A stretch of 64,000 nucleotides of DNA from Candidatus Stercoripulliclostridium merdipullorum (GTDB lineage: Bacteria; Bacillota; Clostridia; Christensenellales; DTU072): the NCBI GenBank assembly GCA_018713745.1, contig DVOH01000038.1, positions 31,938 to 95,937 on the forward strand, given 5' to 3'. Below, one piece after another: positions 1 to 9,447 of this stretch; the stretch's first letter is position 1, and each line of letters opens with the position of its first letter. Both the position numbers and the translations under genes were made by a program. The notes below the pieces were generated by a model, which did not search any database, had not been told where the DNA came from, and worked only from the letters and a program-made list of their open reading frames with translations.

Positions 1-2337
1 ATCGTTTACGGACTGAAACTCTCGACGTCGCGTATTACGGGCGGCAAAGTCGTGTTCGGACTCTCCGCGACCGAAGTGCAGGGTGTGTTCAGCTTCCTCG
101 AGCCCGACCGTAGCGACTTCAATGCCGGTCGGACGACCGTCCGCATGGTCTTTACGCCCACCAATGCAAACTTCAACGCCGCCGAGTTCGATTGTCCCAT
201 CGAAATTTTGCAAGCGACCGCTTCGATCGAATTCACCGGCGGTACGACGGCAATTTACAACGGCGCCCAACAGACGCCCGGATACGTTACGCAACCTGCG
301 GGAATCGACGTTGTCTTTACGTTCTATCAAGACAACGTACCCAAACAGGCGATCGCGGCAGGGACGTATCGCGCCGTTGCCACCATCAACAATCCCAATT
401 ACGTCGGCTCTGCCGAAGTGGAATTTACCATTCAGAAAGCTTCGGCGATCGATGTCGTCAATCCCAATGCCAGCAGCATTCGCTACGGACAGGCGTTGCA
501 AAACAGCACGCTGACGGGCGGAAGCGTCGTCTACGTCGCAGGTGCCGAGCCTGTCGTCGGTACGTTCGACTTTTACCGCAACCCGGGATCGCCTCTCGGC
601 GAAGTCGGCGTTTATGACGTCGAATACCGCTTCACCCCCCGCGATACGCAAAACTACGAGATTTATTACGGCGTCGTACCCGTGCGCGTCGAAAAGGCAA
701 GTGCGGAAATTACGGTTTCCAATACGAAGTTCGTCTACGGTCAGCCCGTGACGGCTCCCGTCTTTACGACCGATCGCGGCACCCTCGCCATCGACAACTC
801 GGAGTTTGACCAAAAGGGAATGCTCGGATCCTTGCCGAATTCGGGTGTGTATCAGTTCACGGCTACGATCGAGGACAAAAACTACGAGGGCAGCGTCGTT
901 TATCTCATCGAAGTCGATCGTAAAGAAGTTTCGGTTCGCTTTGTCGACGACGCCGCAAATCCCGTAACGCGCTATCTGACGCATTACGGAAGCGCTTCCC
1001 TTCTGTACGCCAAAGCCGAAATCCTGGTTGACTCGCTGATCGCGCAGGACAGACCGCTTCTGTCCGAACTCAACGGCTATCTCCAGTTCCGTTACGCGAA
1101 GAAGGGCGAACCGTTTACCAACGCAACCGAGCGCGTTCCCACGGCGGTGGGCGAATACGTCGTGTACGTCCTGATGCGTACCCATAACAATTACTTCATT
1201 ACCGAAGGCGCGGTGTCGATCGACTATATCGTGGAGCGCGGAACTATCAACGTCAACGATATCGTGTTGTCCAATCTGACGCAGACTTACGGATCGGTCG
1301 CGATGCCCGTCGTAACCGTTACGCCTTCCGGTGTCGAGTACGTCATATCCTTCCCCGGATACCTGACGATGCCCACGAGTGTCGGCACGCACAGCGTCAA
1401 AGTGACGGTGACCGATCCCAACTATCTGCCCGTCGAAAAGGACGGAGCCTTCCGGATTCTGCCCAAAGAGATCTCGGTGGAAAATCTGAAAGTGTACGAC
1501 AAAGCCTTTGACGGTACGCCCAATATCAAAGTTACGGGCAACCTGAAAGGGGTTTTGCCTTCGGACGAGGTCTACCTTACCCTGACCGCCGTGACCGAAA
1601 ACAAACGTTCGGAAGCAGGAAAGCATAACGTTATTCTGACTTCGTGGGACATCTCGGGTCTGCATGCCGGAAATTACATCGTCGTCGAACCGATTTACAG
1701 CCTCAATGCAACGATTCTGCGCAAAACCGTATCCGATCCCGTGTCCGGGTCGTATATTTCGAGCGACTCCGGCTTCTCGGCAAACGTTACCGTCGAATTC
1801 GACGAGGTATACGACGCCCGCAATCAGACAAACTTCTTTACGTCCCTGTTCGGGCAGAAGGCAACGGTGCAGAAGTTCAGCATCAAAGAAAACGGCATTA
1901 CGACGGTGCTGGACGGCAAAGTCAAGTTCTTCGTCAAAATACCCGATAAGTACCTGAACGCCGAAAATCTGGTGGTGGAAGGGATGGACGAACTTGCCGA
2001 TCAAAATATTCAGTTCACCCGCGAAGGAGATTATATCGTCTTTTACGCCGATACTTCGGGATCGATCGTGTTCTATACCAACGATTTCCCGTACTGGATT
2101 ATTATCGTGGTGGCGGTTGTTCTGATGCTGATCATCGGGACGGTCTGCGTCGTTTTGCTCAGCCCCGTTCAGCGCAGAAAACGGACTTCCCGCAGACTGC
2201 GCAAGGCGTATGAAGCCGAGCAAAAAGCCCGTTCGGCTTCCGTTGCCAAACAGCGCAACGACCGTGCCGCCGCGGCATACCGTCAGTCGAGCGGATACTG
2301 GAAAGGTCCCTCGGAAAGAAAATCAAAAAGGAGATGA
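1..2337 (+). CDS. Cell-surface repeat protein (MBG/Ig-like repeats) with a C-terminal TM anchor; the 5' end lies outside the window
   Basis: The frame is open from base 1, with no stop before the ATG at 52, so the N-terminus is cut by the window edge. Modules of roughly 80-90 aa recur, with Y-G-x and T-P-x-D/N-x-N-Y type motifs (FTPTNANF, FTPRDTQNY, NNPNYVGS, EDKNYEGS, TDPNYLPV). The protein ends with the hydrophobic helix WIIIVVAVVLMLIIGTVCVVLL and an Arg/Lys-rich tail. There is no LPXTG. Confidence 0.7.
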   Translation: MVYGLKLSTSRITGGKVVFGLSATEVQGVFSFLEPDRSDFNAGRTTVRMVFTPTNANFNAAEFDCPIEILQATASIEFTGGTTAIYNGAQQTPGYVTQPAGIDVVFTFYQDNVPKQAIAAGTYRAVATINNPNYVGSAEVEFTIQKASAIDVVNPNASSIRYGQALQNSTLTGGSVVYVAGAEPVVGTFDFYRNPGSPLGEVGVYDVEYRFTPRDTQNYEIYYGVVPVRVEKASAEITVSNTKFVYGQPVTAPVFTTDRGTLAIDNSEFDQKGMLGSLPNSGVYQFTATIEDKNYEGSVVYLIEVDRKEVSVRFVDDAANPVTRYLTHYGSASLLYAKAEILVDSLIAQDRPLLSELNGYLQFRYAKKGEPFTNATERVPTAVGEYVVYVLMRTHNNYFITEGAVSIDYIVERGTINVNDIVLSNLTQTYGSVAMPVVTVTPSGVEYVISFPGYLTMPTSVGTHSVKVTVTDPNYLPVEKDGAFRILPKEISVENLKVYDKAFDGTPNIKVTGNLKGVLPSDEVYLTLTAVTENKRSEAGKHNVILTSWDISGLHAGNYIVVEPIYSLNATILRKTVSDPVSGSYISSDSGFSANVTVEFDEVYDARNQTNFFTSLFGQKATVQKFSIKENGITTVLDGKVKFFVKIPDKYLNAENLVVEGMDELADQNIQFTREGDYIVFYADTSGSIVFYTNDFPYWIIIVVAVVLMLIIGTVCVVLLSPVQRRKRTSRRLRKAYEAEQKARSASVAKQRNDRAAAAYRQSSGYWKGPSERKSKRR

Positions 2338-2341
2338 TTGC

Positions 2342-4138
2342 GTGAAACCGATTTCCCGCATTCAAAAACGGATTGTTTTGCTTCTCGTCATCGCCGCGGT
2401 TGCGGCGATCGGCGTTGCCGCATCCCCGGGGCTTCCGGCGTTTGCCGACAGCGCGGGGGATATCGGGAGCAACGAAGAGCTGTATGTTAATATTACCTGT
2501 CCGACGGGATCGGCTTATCAAAGCCCCGCCGTCGGAGTCGAACTTCTGATCAACACACCCACCGATATCAAAAAGCTGGAGTATATTTATTCCACCGACG
2601 AAGAGGACACCAAGTATACCGTCGACGTAGCCGATCATGAGGTGGTCGAAGGGCGAAACGGAAGGGATCGCTGGCAGTTCAGCGTCAAAATCGGTTATTT
2701 CGAAGGGGACGGCGAAACGCCCGATCATCCCACGCACAACGGCGAGATGGTAGCGATCGCCTATGTCGACAACGGAGAAGACGCTTTGTTGCCCCTCGAA
2801 AGCGATATTTATCAGGTTCGCCAGATCGACTATGCGCCTCCCGTCCTGCAGTACGGCGCCGACGAAACGCTGTGGTACTTCGAGGCGGGGGTTCTGAAAC
2901 TGAAAGTCAAAGCGACCGATCATCGCACGCTTCCGATGTTTTCCGCAACCAGCGGCCTGCGCGGCGTATGGGTCTTTTATGCCGAGAATGACGGAATCGA
3001 AATCGGGGACGGCGAACAGGCGGGCGAGGACTTCGATCCCGACGATATTCTGATCGACAATTTTGTTCTGATCCACGAAAAGCGCTTCGATACCGCGTCG
3101 GGCGGACAACAGACCAACGAATACGCAACCGAAATTACCGTTGACAAAAACGGTACTTATTATGTCATGATGACCGATATGGTCAACAACCTCGGCTTGA
3201 CTCGTTTGTTCCGCTACGACGACGCGCCGCAATACAAGATCGACGTCAACGGAACGACCGTCAATCTGGATGCCGTATTGGATCAGGCTGCCGATCAGAT
3301 CGAACGGGGAAAAGATTATTATCACCCCAGCGTAATCGAATCGTTGCAACAGGCGCGCGACGACGTGCTGTATGCTTTCATGACCGGGCAAAGCGACGAG
3401 AAAAAGAAAGAAGCCTATCTTGCTTTGGTTCACGCTCAGAACTTTTATAACAATGCTACCGTCACGTTTACCTTGAAGATCAACAACGAAGAGTTTTTGG
3501 ACGGTGCAATGAAACTTTACGGGTTTGATATAACGATCGCATCGGATTTGCTGAACGGCGAAACGCTGATGGCGACGGTCGATGTCTTGCGCTATGCCGA
3601 GCGGGATAAATTCGACGAGGAGGCAATCCGTACGGCAGACTTCCCTTCGGTTGATCTGATGTTCCGCCTCCGCTATCGGTTGACGCGCAACGATCTTGCC
3701 TTCGAGCCCGAAGGACCGTTCCGTTTGCGGATGGAAGTTCCGGATACCTATCGTGCCGTGCGCATCGTTCGGGTCGATCCCGAGAGCGGTGCTTATACCG
3801 CGGTGGACTGTGACTTCGGCGGCGCTTGGCTGGAGTTTGAGATCGCCGACGGAAAGAGCGATTATTTTGTCCTGGTCAGCCGGGACGAGCAAGGAGGCAA
3901 TCTTGCCCTTTGGATCGGGCTCGGCGTCGGCGGCGGGGTGCTGATCGCGGCGATCGTCGTGCTGATTATCCTGAAAAAGAAAGGGATTCTCGATCGGAAG
4001 TCCGGCAAGAGAAAAGGACAAAAAGCAAGCGAACAGGGTGCTGAACTTTCCGATTCGGATGCCCGTTTGTCCACGGGAGAGGGCGGGGCGGAAAAGCCGA
4101 AGCCTGCCAACAAATCAAAAAAGAAAAAGAAGAAATAG
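2342..4138 (+). CDS. Secreted surface protein with a C-terminal TM anchor and poly-Lys tail (unknown family)
   Basis: A GTG at 2342 lies 4 nt after the upstream stop and gives a signal-peptide-like N-terminus (VKPISRIQKRIVLLLVIAAVAAIGVAASPGLPAFA). The ATG at 2210 would overlap the previous gene by 128 nt. The C-terminus has the TM helix LALWIGLGVGGGVLIAAIVVLIIL followed by a charged tail ending KSKKKKKK. Confidence 0.65.
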   Translation: MKPISRIQKRIVLLLVIAAVAAIGVAASPGLPAFADSAGDIGSNEELYVNITCPTGSAYQSPAVGVELLINTPTDIKKLEYIYSTDEEDTKYTVDVADHEVVEGRNGRDRWQFSVKIGYFEGDGETPDHPTHNGEMVAIAYVDNGEDALLPLESDIYQVRQIDYAPPVLQYGADETLWYFEAGVLKLKVKATDHRTLPMFSATSGLRGVWVFYAENDGIEIGDGEQAGEDFDPDDILIDNFVLIHEKRFDTASGGQQTNEYATEITVDKNGTYYVMMTDMVNNLGLTRLFRYDDAPQYKIDVNGTTVNLDAVLDQAADQIERGKDYYHPSVIESLQQARDDVLYAFMTGQSDEKKKEAYLALVHAQNFYNNATVTFTLKINNEEFLDGAMKLYGFDITIASDLLNGETLMATVDVLRYAERDKFDEEAIRTADFPSVDLMFRLRYRLTRNDLAFEPEGPFRLRMEVPDTYRAVRIVRVDPESGAYTAVDCDFGGAWLEFEIADGKSDYFVLVSRDEQGGNLALWIGLGVGGGVLIAAIVVLIILKKKGILDRKSGKRKGQKASEQGAELSDSDARLSTGEGGAEKPKPANKSKKKKKK

Positions 4139-4147
4139 GGGAAATTT

Positions 4148-4978
4148 ATGAAGTATCTCAAACAGACATTTGCATATCTGTTCTTGATCGAGCGCGGCAA
4201 GCGCGTGTTGCTGTTGTATCTCTTGTCGATTCCCGTCGGGATCTCTTTGGCAATGATGTTTCCGTCGTATCCCTTTTTGCAATGGGTTTTGCGCGCGGAT
4301 GCCGAGGCAAGCGGATTCTGGAGCAACTTCACTTACGGCATTAACGGTTATGTCTATTGGATCGGAGCGGGCGCGTTGCTTTTGACCTTTGTCGTTTTCG
4401 TCGCGTTGGCGTCCACCGTCGTCAGTCGATCGATGCGTATGGGAAAGTTCAGAATCGTATCGGTGCTTGCCGATATCAACGACGGATTTTTCCCCGCGGC
4501 GTACATGGCACTGACGGTCATCGCGGCGGTTACGTTGCTGAAAACGGCGTCCTCGCTGGTGGTCGGACTGTGGTTCAGACTGTCCAATCCCGTCCTTGTG
4601 TCCATTCTGAACGGAGCCTTTACGGTAGCGATCGGCGTGGTGGCAATGTATCTTGCCACCGTATTGGTTGCATATTTTCCGCTGATGATCGTCAACGGAC
4701 TGAAGCCGTATTCCGCGTTTATCAATTCCGTCCGCAAATGCGTGCGGCACAAAAAGCATCTCTTTGTCGGCATCTTCCTCCCCGTTGCGACGGTTACGGT
4801 CGGCGGTATCCTGGTCAGCCTTGCGGCAAATCCGCTTGCGTCGGTTCTGTTTGACAGCTTTACATACGCGTTCCTCGTTGCCTACTTTATCCCGTTTGTC
4901 CTGATCGCGTATTACGAAATCGAAGGAATCGGAAGAGAAGACTTTACCAGAGAATATTTCTTCCGAAAATCCAAATAG
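4148..4978 (+). CDS. Polytopic integral membrane protein (unknown function)
   Basis: 276 aa ORF that starts 9 nt after the previous stop. It has several long hydrophobic segments (for example GAGALLLTFVVFVALASTVV and AFTVAIGVVAMYLATVLVAYFPLMIV). No family was recognised. Confidence 0.6.
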   Translation: MKYLKQTFAYLFLIERGKRVLLLYLLSIPVGISLAMMFPSYPFLQWVLRADAEASGFWSNFTYGINGYVYWIGAGALLLTFVVFVALASTVVSRSMRMGKFRIVSVLADINDGFFPAAYMALTVIAAVTLLKTASSLVVGLWFRLSNPVLVSILNGAFTVAIGVVAMYLATVLVAYFPLMIVNGLKPYSAFINSVRKCVRHKKHLFVGIFLPVATVTVGGILVSLAANPLASVLFDSFTYAFLVAYFIPFVLIAYYEIEGIGREDFTREYFFRKSK

Positions 4979-4987
4979 GAGATTGTT

Positions 4988-5890
4988 ATGATCTTTAAAA
5001 ACGCCGGAGCGTTGCTCCTCGGGAGCGTCAACCTCTTGTACAAAGTTTTGATATACGCCGTTATCCTGTCGCTTTTGTTTGCGGGGCTTTTTTCGGCAAT
5101 TCTGCAGCCCGTCGCCGAAGCCGCAGGGAAAGACTTCAATCTTGTCGCGGCATGGAATACCGCCGTCGATACCTTGCTAAAAGCCGGGACGGAGACCGGT
5201 GCCGGCGTCTACGGATTGTTTGATCGTCTTACCCTCTTTATACAAGAAAACAGTACATTGATCTGGCAAGCAGTCGGGTTCAGCGCTTTGCTGTTGTTTT
5301 TGTTTACGTTCGGCTACTCCTTGCTGACCATTCCCGCCGCTTCGATTGTTTACAGTAAAATGGCAAGCGGTTACAACCCCAAGTTCGGCAACGCATTTGT
5401 CGCAAATCTCGGGAAATCCGCGCTGTATGCCTTGATTTTTTCCTTGATCACCGTTCCGTGCAACGTCGCAATCGGACTGGCTGCCTTTTTCGTCGCGCAA
5501 TGGCTCTTCCCTTCCCTCGGCGTGATCGCTTTGACCATCGCCGCGTTTGTCCTCATTCTGCTCGGCGCCCTTCGGATTGCCGCGTTCAGTCAATGGGTGC
5601 CGTTGATCGTCATCGAAAAAATTTCGGTCGCCAAGGCGTTTTGCCGTTCCTTTGCCGCAACCCGCAAGGTGTTTTTCCGCATCCTGCCGTCGCTGTTTAC
5701 GCTGTCGGCAACAATGTTTGCATTGTTCACCACAACCATGATCACGACGTTCGGCGTCGTGCCGCTGCTCATTTTCCCCGCATGTCTGTTGCTGACGATC
5801 AATATCGGATTTGTCGCGTATTTTGAAAATCATCAGATGAAATTTTATCTTGACGAAAACAACATCGTCACCCATACCCTTCAGGAATAA
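4988..5890 (+). CDS. Polytopic integral membrane protein (unknown function)
   Basis: 300 aa ORF with a TAGGAG RBS upstream of the ATG and multiple TM segments. It is tightly coupled to the preceding membrane protein. Confidence 0.6.
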   Translation: MIFKNAGALLLGSVNLLYKVLIYAVILSLLFAGLFSAILQPVAEAAGKDFNLVAAWNTAVDTLLKAGTETGAGVYGLFDRLTLFIQENSTLIWQAVGFSALLLFLFTFGYSLLTIPAASIVYSKMASGYNPKFGNAFVANLGKSALYALIFSLITVPCNVAIGLAAFFVAQWLFPSLGVIALTIAAFVLILLGALRIAAFSQWVPLIVIEKISVAKAFCRSFAATRKVFFRILPSLFTLSATMFALFTTTMITTFGVVPLLIFPACLLLTINIGFVAYFENHQMKFYLDENNIVTHTLQE

Positions 5891-5942
5891 TTTCGTTCCT
5901 TACGTCGATTCGATCATTTTTTAAGCTGTTAAGGTAAATTGC

Positions 5943-5970
5943 TTGACAGCTTTTTTCTTTCGGGTATAAT
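5943..5970 (+). promoter_or_regulatory. Sigma-A type promoter for the ylxM-ffh operon
   Basis: TTGACA (5943-5948), a 16 nt spacer, then TATAAT (5965-5970), about 30 nt upstream of ylxM. Confidence 0.5.
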
Positions 5971-6001
5971 AATACTGTAAATCAATTATCCTTCACATCA
6001 T

Positions 6002-6331
6002 ATGGAACGGGAAAAAGACATCCGGATCGGGATCCTCAACGACTATTACGGCTCGATGCTGACCGATTATCAGCGCGAAATGGTTCGACTTTATTACGAC
6101 CGCGACCTTTCGCTTGCCGAAATCGCAGAGCAATACGGCGTGTCCCGTCAGGCGGTTCGCGAAGTTCTGGTGCGCAGTCGTCAAAAACTTCTCGAGTGGG
6201 AAGATCGCCTGCATCTGCTGGCAAAACTCGCCTCGGTCGCAGATAAGATCGAAGCATTGATCGATCGTACCGACGATCCCGTTCTGACAACGGCGTTACA
6301 AGCCATTCTTGCGGAGGTCAAAGATATCTGA
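6002..6331 (+). CDS. ylxM: YlxM/p13-like putative DNA-binding protein (UPF0122)
   Basis: 109 aa with an HTH segment (LSLAEIAEQYGVSRQAVREVL). It sits immediately upstream of ffh and overlaps it, as in Bacillus. Confidence 0.85.
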   Translation: MEREKDIRIGILNDYYGSMLTDYQREMVRLYYDRDLSLAEIAEQYGVSRQAVREVLVRSRQKLLEWEDRLHLLAKLASVADKIEALIDRTDDPVLTTALQAILAEVKDI

Positions 6332-7647
6332 TGGCGATACTTGGTAATTTATCCGAAAAAATTTCGCACGCATTCGCAAAGCTCAAAAACCGCGGTGCGC
6401 TGACCGAACTCGAAATCAAAGAGGCCATGCGCGAAGTGCGCATTGCGCTTCTCGAAGCCGACGTCAACTTCGTCGTGGTCAAAAACTTTATCAAATCGGT
6501 TTCCGACCGCGCGCTCGGCGAAAACATTCTGAAGGGACTCGACGCCTCTCAGCAGGTGATCAAAATCGTCAACGAAGAGCTGATCGCGCTGATGGGATCC
6601 AAACACGCCAAACTTGCCGTCAGCGACCGTCCGCCGACCGTGATCATGATGTGCGGATTGCAGGGCGCGGGCAAAACGACGATGTGCGGCAAACTTGCGA
6701 CCATCCTCAAAAAGGACAACAAGAAGGTTTTGCTTGCCGCAGGCGACATCTATCGTCCCGCGGCAATCAAACAGCTGCAAATCGTGGGCGAAAAGGCGGG
6801 GGTCGAAGTCTTTGAAATGGGACAGACTGATCCCGTCAAAATTGCCCGCGAAGCAGTGGATTATGCGACCAAACAGGGGTTTGACACCGTCATTGTCGAT
6901 ACGGCGGGACGCTTGCATATCGACGAGCAGCTGATGGAAGAGCTTCGCAAAATCAAGCAAACCGTCAATCCGACCGAAATTCTTTTGGTTGTCGACGCAA
7001 TGCTGGGGCAGGATTCGGTCAACGTAGCCGAAACCTTTAACCGTCAGCTGGATATTTCGGGCGTGATTCTGACCAAACTGGACGGCGACACCCGCGGAGG
7101 CGCCGCGCTTTCGATCCGCGCCATCTGCGGCAAACCGATCAAGTACGTCGGCGTCGGCGAAAAAATGACCGATCTCGAGGCGTTCCATCCCGATCGGATG
7201 GCGAGCCGAATCCTCGGCATGGGAGACGTATTGACGCTGATCGAAAAAGCGCAGAACGCCATCTCCGAAGAAGACGCCATCCGCATGACCAAAAAGCTCA
7301 AGGATCGCACCTTCGATCTCAACGATTATCTCGAGCAGCTTTCCTCGGTTAAAAAAATGGGGAATCTCAGCGAGATGGTCGGGATGATCCCCGGACTTGC
7401 CGGCAAGCTGAAAGGAGCCGACCTCAACATCGACGAAAAACAGATCGAACGCACCAAAGCGATCATCTGCAGTATGACGCCATCCGAACGCGCCCATCCC
7501 GAAATTATCAAGGGCAGCCGCCGCAAACGGATTGCCAAAGGGTCGGGGACGCAGATTCAGGACGTCAACCGTTTGCTGAATCAGTTTGAGCAGACCAAAA
7601 ATATGATGAAAATGTTCGGTTCGGGCAAACGCAAGTTGCCGTTCTGA
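6331..7647 (+). CDS. ffh: Signal recognition particle protein Ffh
   Basis: GTPase motifs GLQGAGKTT, DTAGR and TKLDGD, plus a Met-rich M domain (MGNLSEMVGMIPGL). Confidence 0.97.
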   Translation: MAILGNLSEKISHAFAKLKNRGALTELEIKEAMREVRIALLEADVNFVVVKNFIKSVSDRALGENILKGLDASQQVIKIVNEELIALMGSKHAKLAVSDRPPTVIMMCGLQGAGKTTMCGKLATILKKDNKKVLLAAGDIYRPAAIKQLQIVGEKAGVEVFEMGQTDPVKIAREAVDYATKQGFDTVIVDTAGRLHIDEQLMEELRKIKQTVNPTEILLVVDAMLGQDSVNVAETFNRQLDISGVILTKLDGDTRGGAALSIRAICGKPIKYVGVGEKMTDLEAFHPDRMASRILGMGDVLTLIEKAQNAISEEDAIRMTKKLKDRTFDLNDYLEQLSSVKKMGNLSEMVGMIPGLAGKLKGADLNIDEKQIERTKAIICSMTPSERAHPEIIKGSRRKRIAKGSGTQIQDVNRLLNQFEQTKNMMKMFGSGKRKLPF

Positions 7648-7723
7648 CAAACAGCTTCATGCAAATTACCTTTTTTAAGGGATAAAATATCAAAAAATAC
7701 TTATACAACCGGAGGTTACAACA

Positions 7724-8056
7724 ATGGCAGTAAAAATCAGACTTACCAGAATGGGTGCAAAAAAGAATCCTTTCTACCGCATCGTGGCGATCGACTCCCG
7801 CAAAGCGCGTGACGGCGAATACATCGAGCAAATCGGCTACTACAACCCCGTCAAACAGCCCGCAGAAGTCAAAATCAACGCCGACATCGCCAAAAAATGG
7901 CTTTCTAACGGCGCCCAACCCACCGATACCGTCCGTGATCTTTTCGTAAAAGAAGGGATTCTCGAAGGCAAAGCCGTCAAAGCGGCGGAAAAGACCGAAG
8001 CCGAGGCGGTTGAAGAAGCGACGCTTGCCGCTGCCGCCGAAAAAATCGAGGACTAA
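7724..8056 (+). CDS. rpsP: 30S ribosomal protein S16
   Basis: The N-terminus [22 protein letters not shown] is canonical S16. A GGAGG RBS lies upstream. Confidence 0.95.
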   Translation: MAVKIRLTRMGAKKNPFYRIVAIDSRKARDGEYIEQIGYYNPVKQPAEVKINADIAKKWLSNGAQPTDTVRDLFVKEGILEGKAVKAAEKTEAEAVEEATLAAAAEKIED

Positions 8057-8061
8057 TCGTT

Positions 8062-8292
8062 ATGCGCGAACTGGTAGATTTTCTCGTCAGACAGATCGTG
8101 GAGGACGGCGCATATGAAATCGTTATGCTCGAGGATCACGACAACGTCGAAATCAAAGTGTTTGTGGACAAAAACCGCGTTGCCAAGCTGATCGGTAAAT
8201 CGGGCAGAATTGCCAAAGCAATCCGTACGATCGTCAAAGCCGCCGCGCAGAACAGCGACAAACACTACGATATTTTTATCGAAGAACGCTGA
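8062..8292 (+). CDS. KH-domain RNA-binding protein (YlqC family)
   Basis: 76 aa with the KH motif LIGKSGRIAKAIRTIV. It occupies the conserved position between rpsP and rimM. Confidence 0.85.
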   Translation: MRELVDFLVRQIVEDGAYEIVMLEDHDNVEIKVFVDKNRVAKLIGKSGRIAKAIRTIVKAAAQNSDKHYDIFIEER

Positions 8293-8783
8293 TGAAAGCA
8301 GGCGTTGTCCTTAAAGCGCAGGGGATCCGCGGCGAGATAAAAGTCCGGCCGTTGACCGACGCGCCCGAAGATTTCGGATCCGTCGACCGCTTTGCGGTCG
8401 GCGGGCGGGAATATGCCGTCGAACGCATACGCGTCGACGGCGATTTCGTTTATCTCAAACTGAAAGGGATTGACGACCGTAATGCCGCAGAAGCAATGGC
8501 GGGTCAAGAGATCTGCTTCCCGGACGGAGTACGTCCCGCGCTTCCCGAAGGGCGCTATTATATCGAAGATATTGTCGGTTGCGACGCGTATGCGGGCGAC
8601 CGTTATCTCGGCGTGGTCAGCGACGTCTTGCAGTACGGCGCCGCCGACATCTGGTGCATTGACGGCGAAACGTCGCTGATGGTGCCTCTTGCCGAGGGCG
8701 TATTGCTCGGTGTCGATCTCGAAGGACACGTCGTCCGATTCGAACCCGTTCGCCTGGAGGAGGTCGCCGTCCGTGAAGATTGA
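8292..8783 (+). CDS. rimM: 16S rRNA processing protein RimM
   Basis: GIRGEIKVRPLTD N-terminal barrel motif, in rpsP-rimM-trmD synteny. Confidence 0.9.
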   Translation: MKAGVVLKAQGIRGEIKVRPLTDAPEDFGSVDRFAVGGREYAVERIRVDGDFVYLKLKGIDDRNAAEAMAGQEICFPDGVRPALPEGRYYIEDIVGCDAYAGDRYLGVVSDVLQYGAADIWCIDGETSLMVPLAEGVLLGVDLEGHVVRFEPVRLEEVAVRED

Positions 8784-9444
8784 CGTTTTGACGTTGTTTC
8801 CGTCCATGTACCGCGTACTGGACGAAAGTATCATCGGCAAAGCCCTGCAAAAGGGTTTGTTCGCGGTCAATGTGGTCAATATCCGCGACTATTCTCTTGA
8901 CAAACACAAAAAAGTCGATGATTATCCTTATGGCGGAGGCGCGGGGATGGTGATGATGCCGGGTCCGCTGCACGACGCCATCCGTGCCGTCGATCCCGAA
9001 CATCGGGCGGTACGCATTTATCTCAGTCCCAAAGGAAAACGCCTCGATCAGAAAACGGTCATCGAGCTTGCCGGCGCCGAACGTCTGCTGTTGGTCAACG
9101 GCAGTTATGAAGGGATTGACGAGCGGGTGATTCAGCTTGACATCGATCTCGAACTGTCGATCGGCGACTATGTGCTGACCTCGGGCGATTATGCCTCGCT
9201 TGTTCTGATCGACGCCGTTGCACGCTATTTGCCCGACGTGCTGGGCTCGGAAAGCTCGACCGAAGAGGAAAGTTTTTCGGCAGGGCTTTTGGAATATCCG
9301 CATTATACCCGCCCGCGCGAATTCGAGGGGCTGTCCGTTCCCGAAGTTCTGGTCAACGGCAACCATCAGCTGATTGCCGCCTGGCGAAAAGCCGAAAGCG
9401 AACGGCTGACGCGGGAGCGTCGCCCCGATCTTTTGGAGCGTTAG
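8773..9444 (+). CDS. trmD: tRNA (guanine37-N1)-methyltransferase TrmD
   Basis: A GTG at 8773 gives VKIDVLTLFPSMY, the typical TrmD start, followed by YPYGGGAGMVM. The ATG at 8689 would overlap rimM by 95 nt. Confidence 0.93.
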   Translation: MKIDVLTLFPSMYRVLDESIIGKALQKGLFAVNVVNIRDYSLDKHKKVDDYPYGGGAGMVMMPGPLHDAIRAVDPEHRAVRIYLSPKGKRLDQKTVIELAGAERLLLVNGSYEGIDERVIQLDIDLELSIGDYVLTSGDYASLVLIDAVARYLPDVLGSESSTEEESFSAGLLEYPHYTRPREFEGLSVPEVLVNGNHQLIAAWRKAESERLTRERRPDLLER

Positions 9445-9447
9445 CCT

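Noticed and set aside
2159-4021. A 620 aa minus-strand ORF opposite the second surface-protein gene.
   Set aside because: It is a codon-aligned shadow of the + strand gene. Its translation is low complexity (Arg/Gly/Asp/His/Phe rich) with no signal, motif or RBS context. The + strand product has a signal peptide, a TM anchor and operon context.
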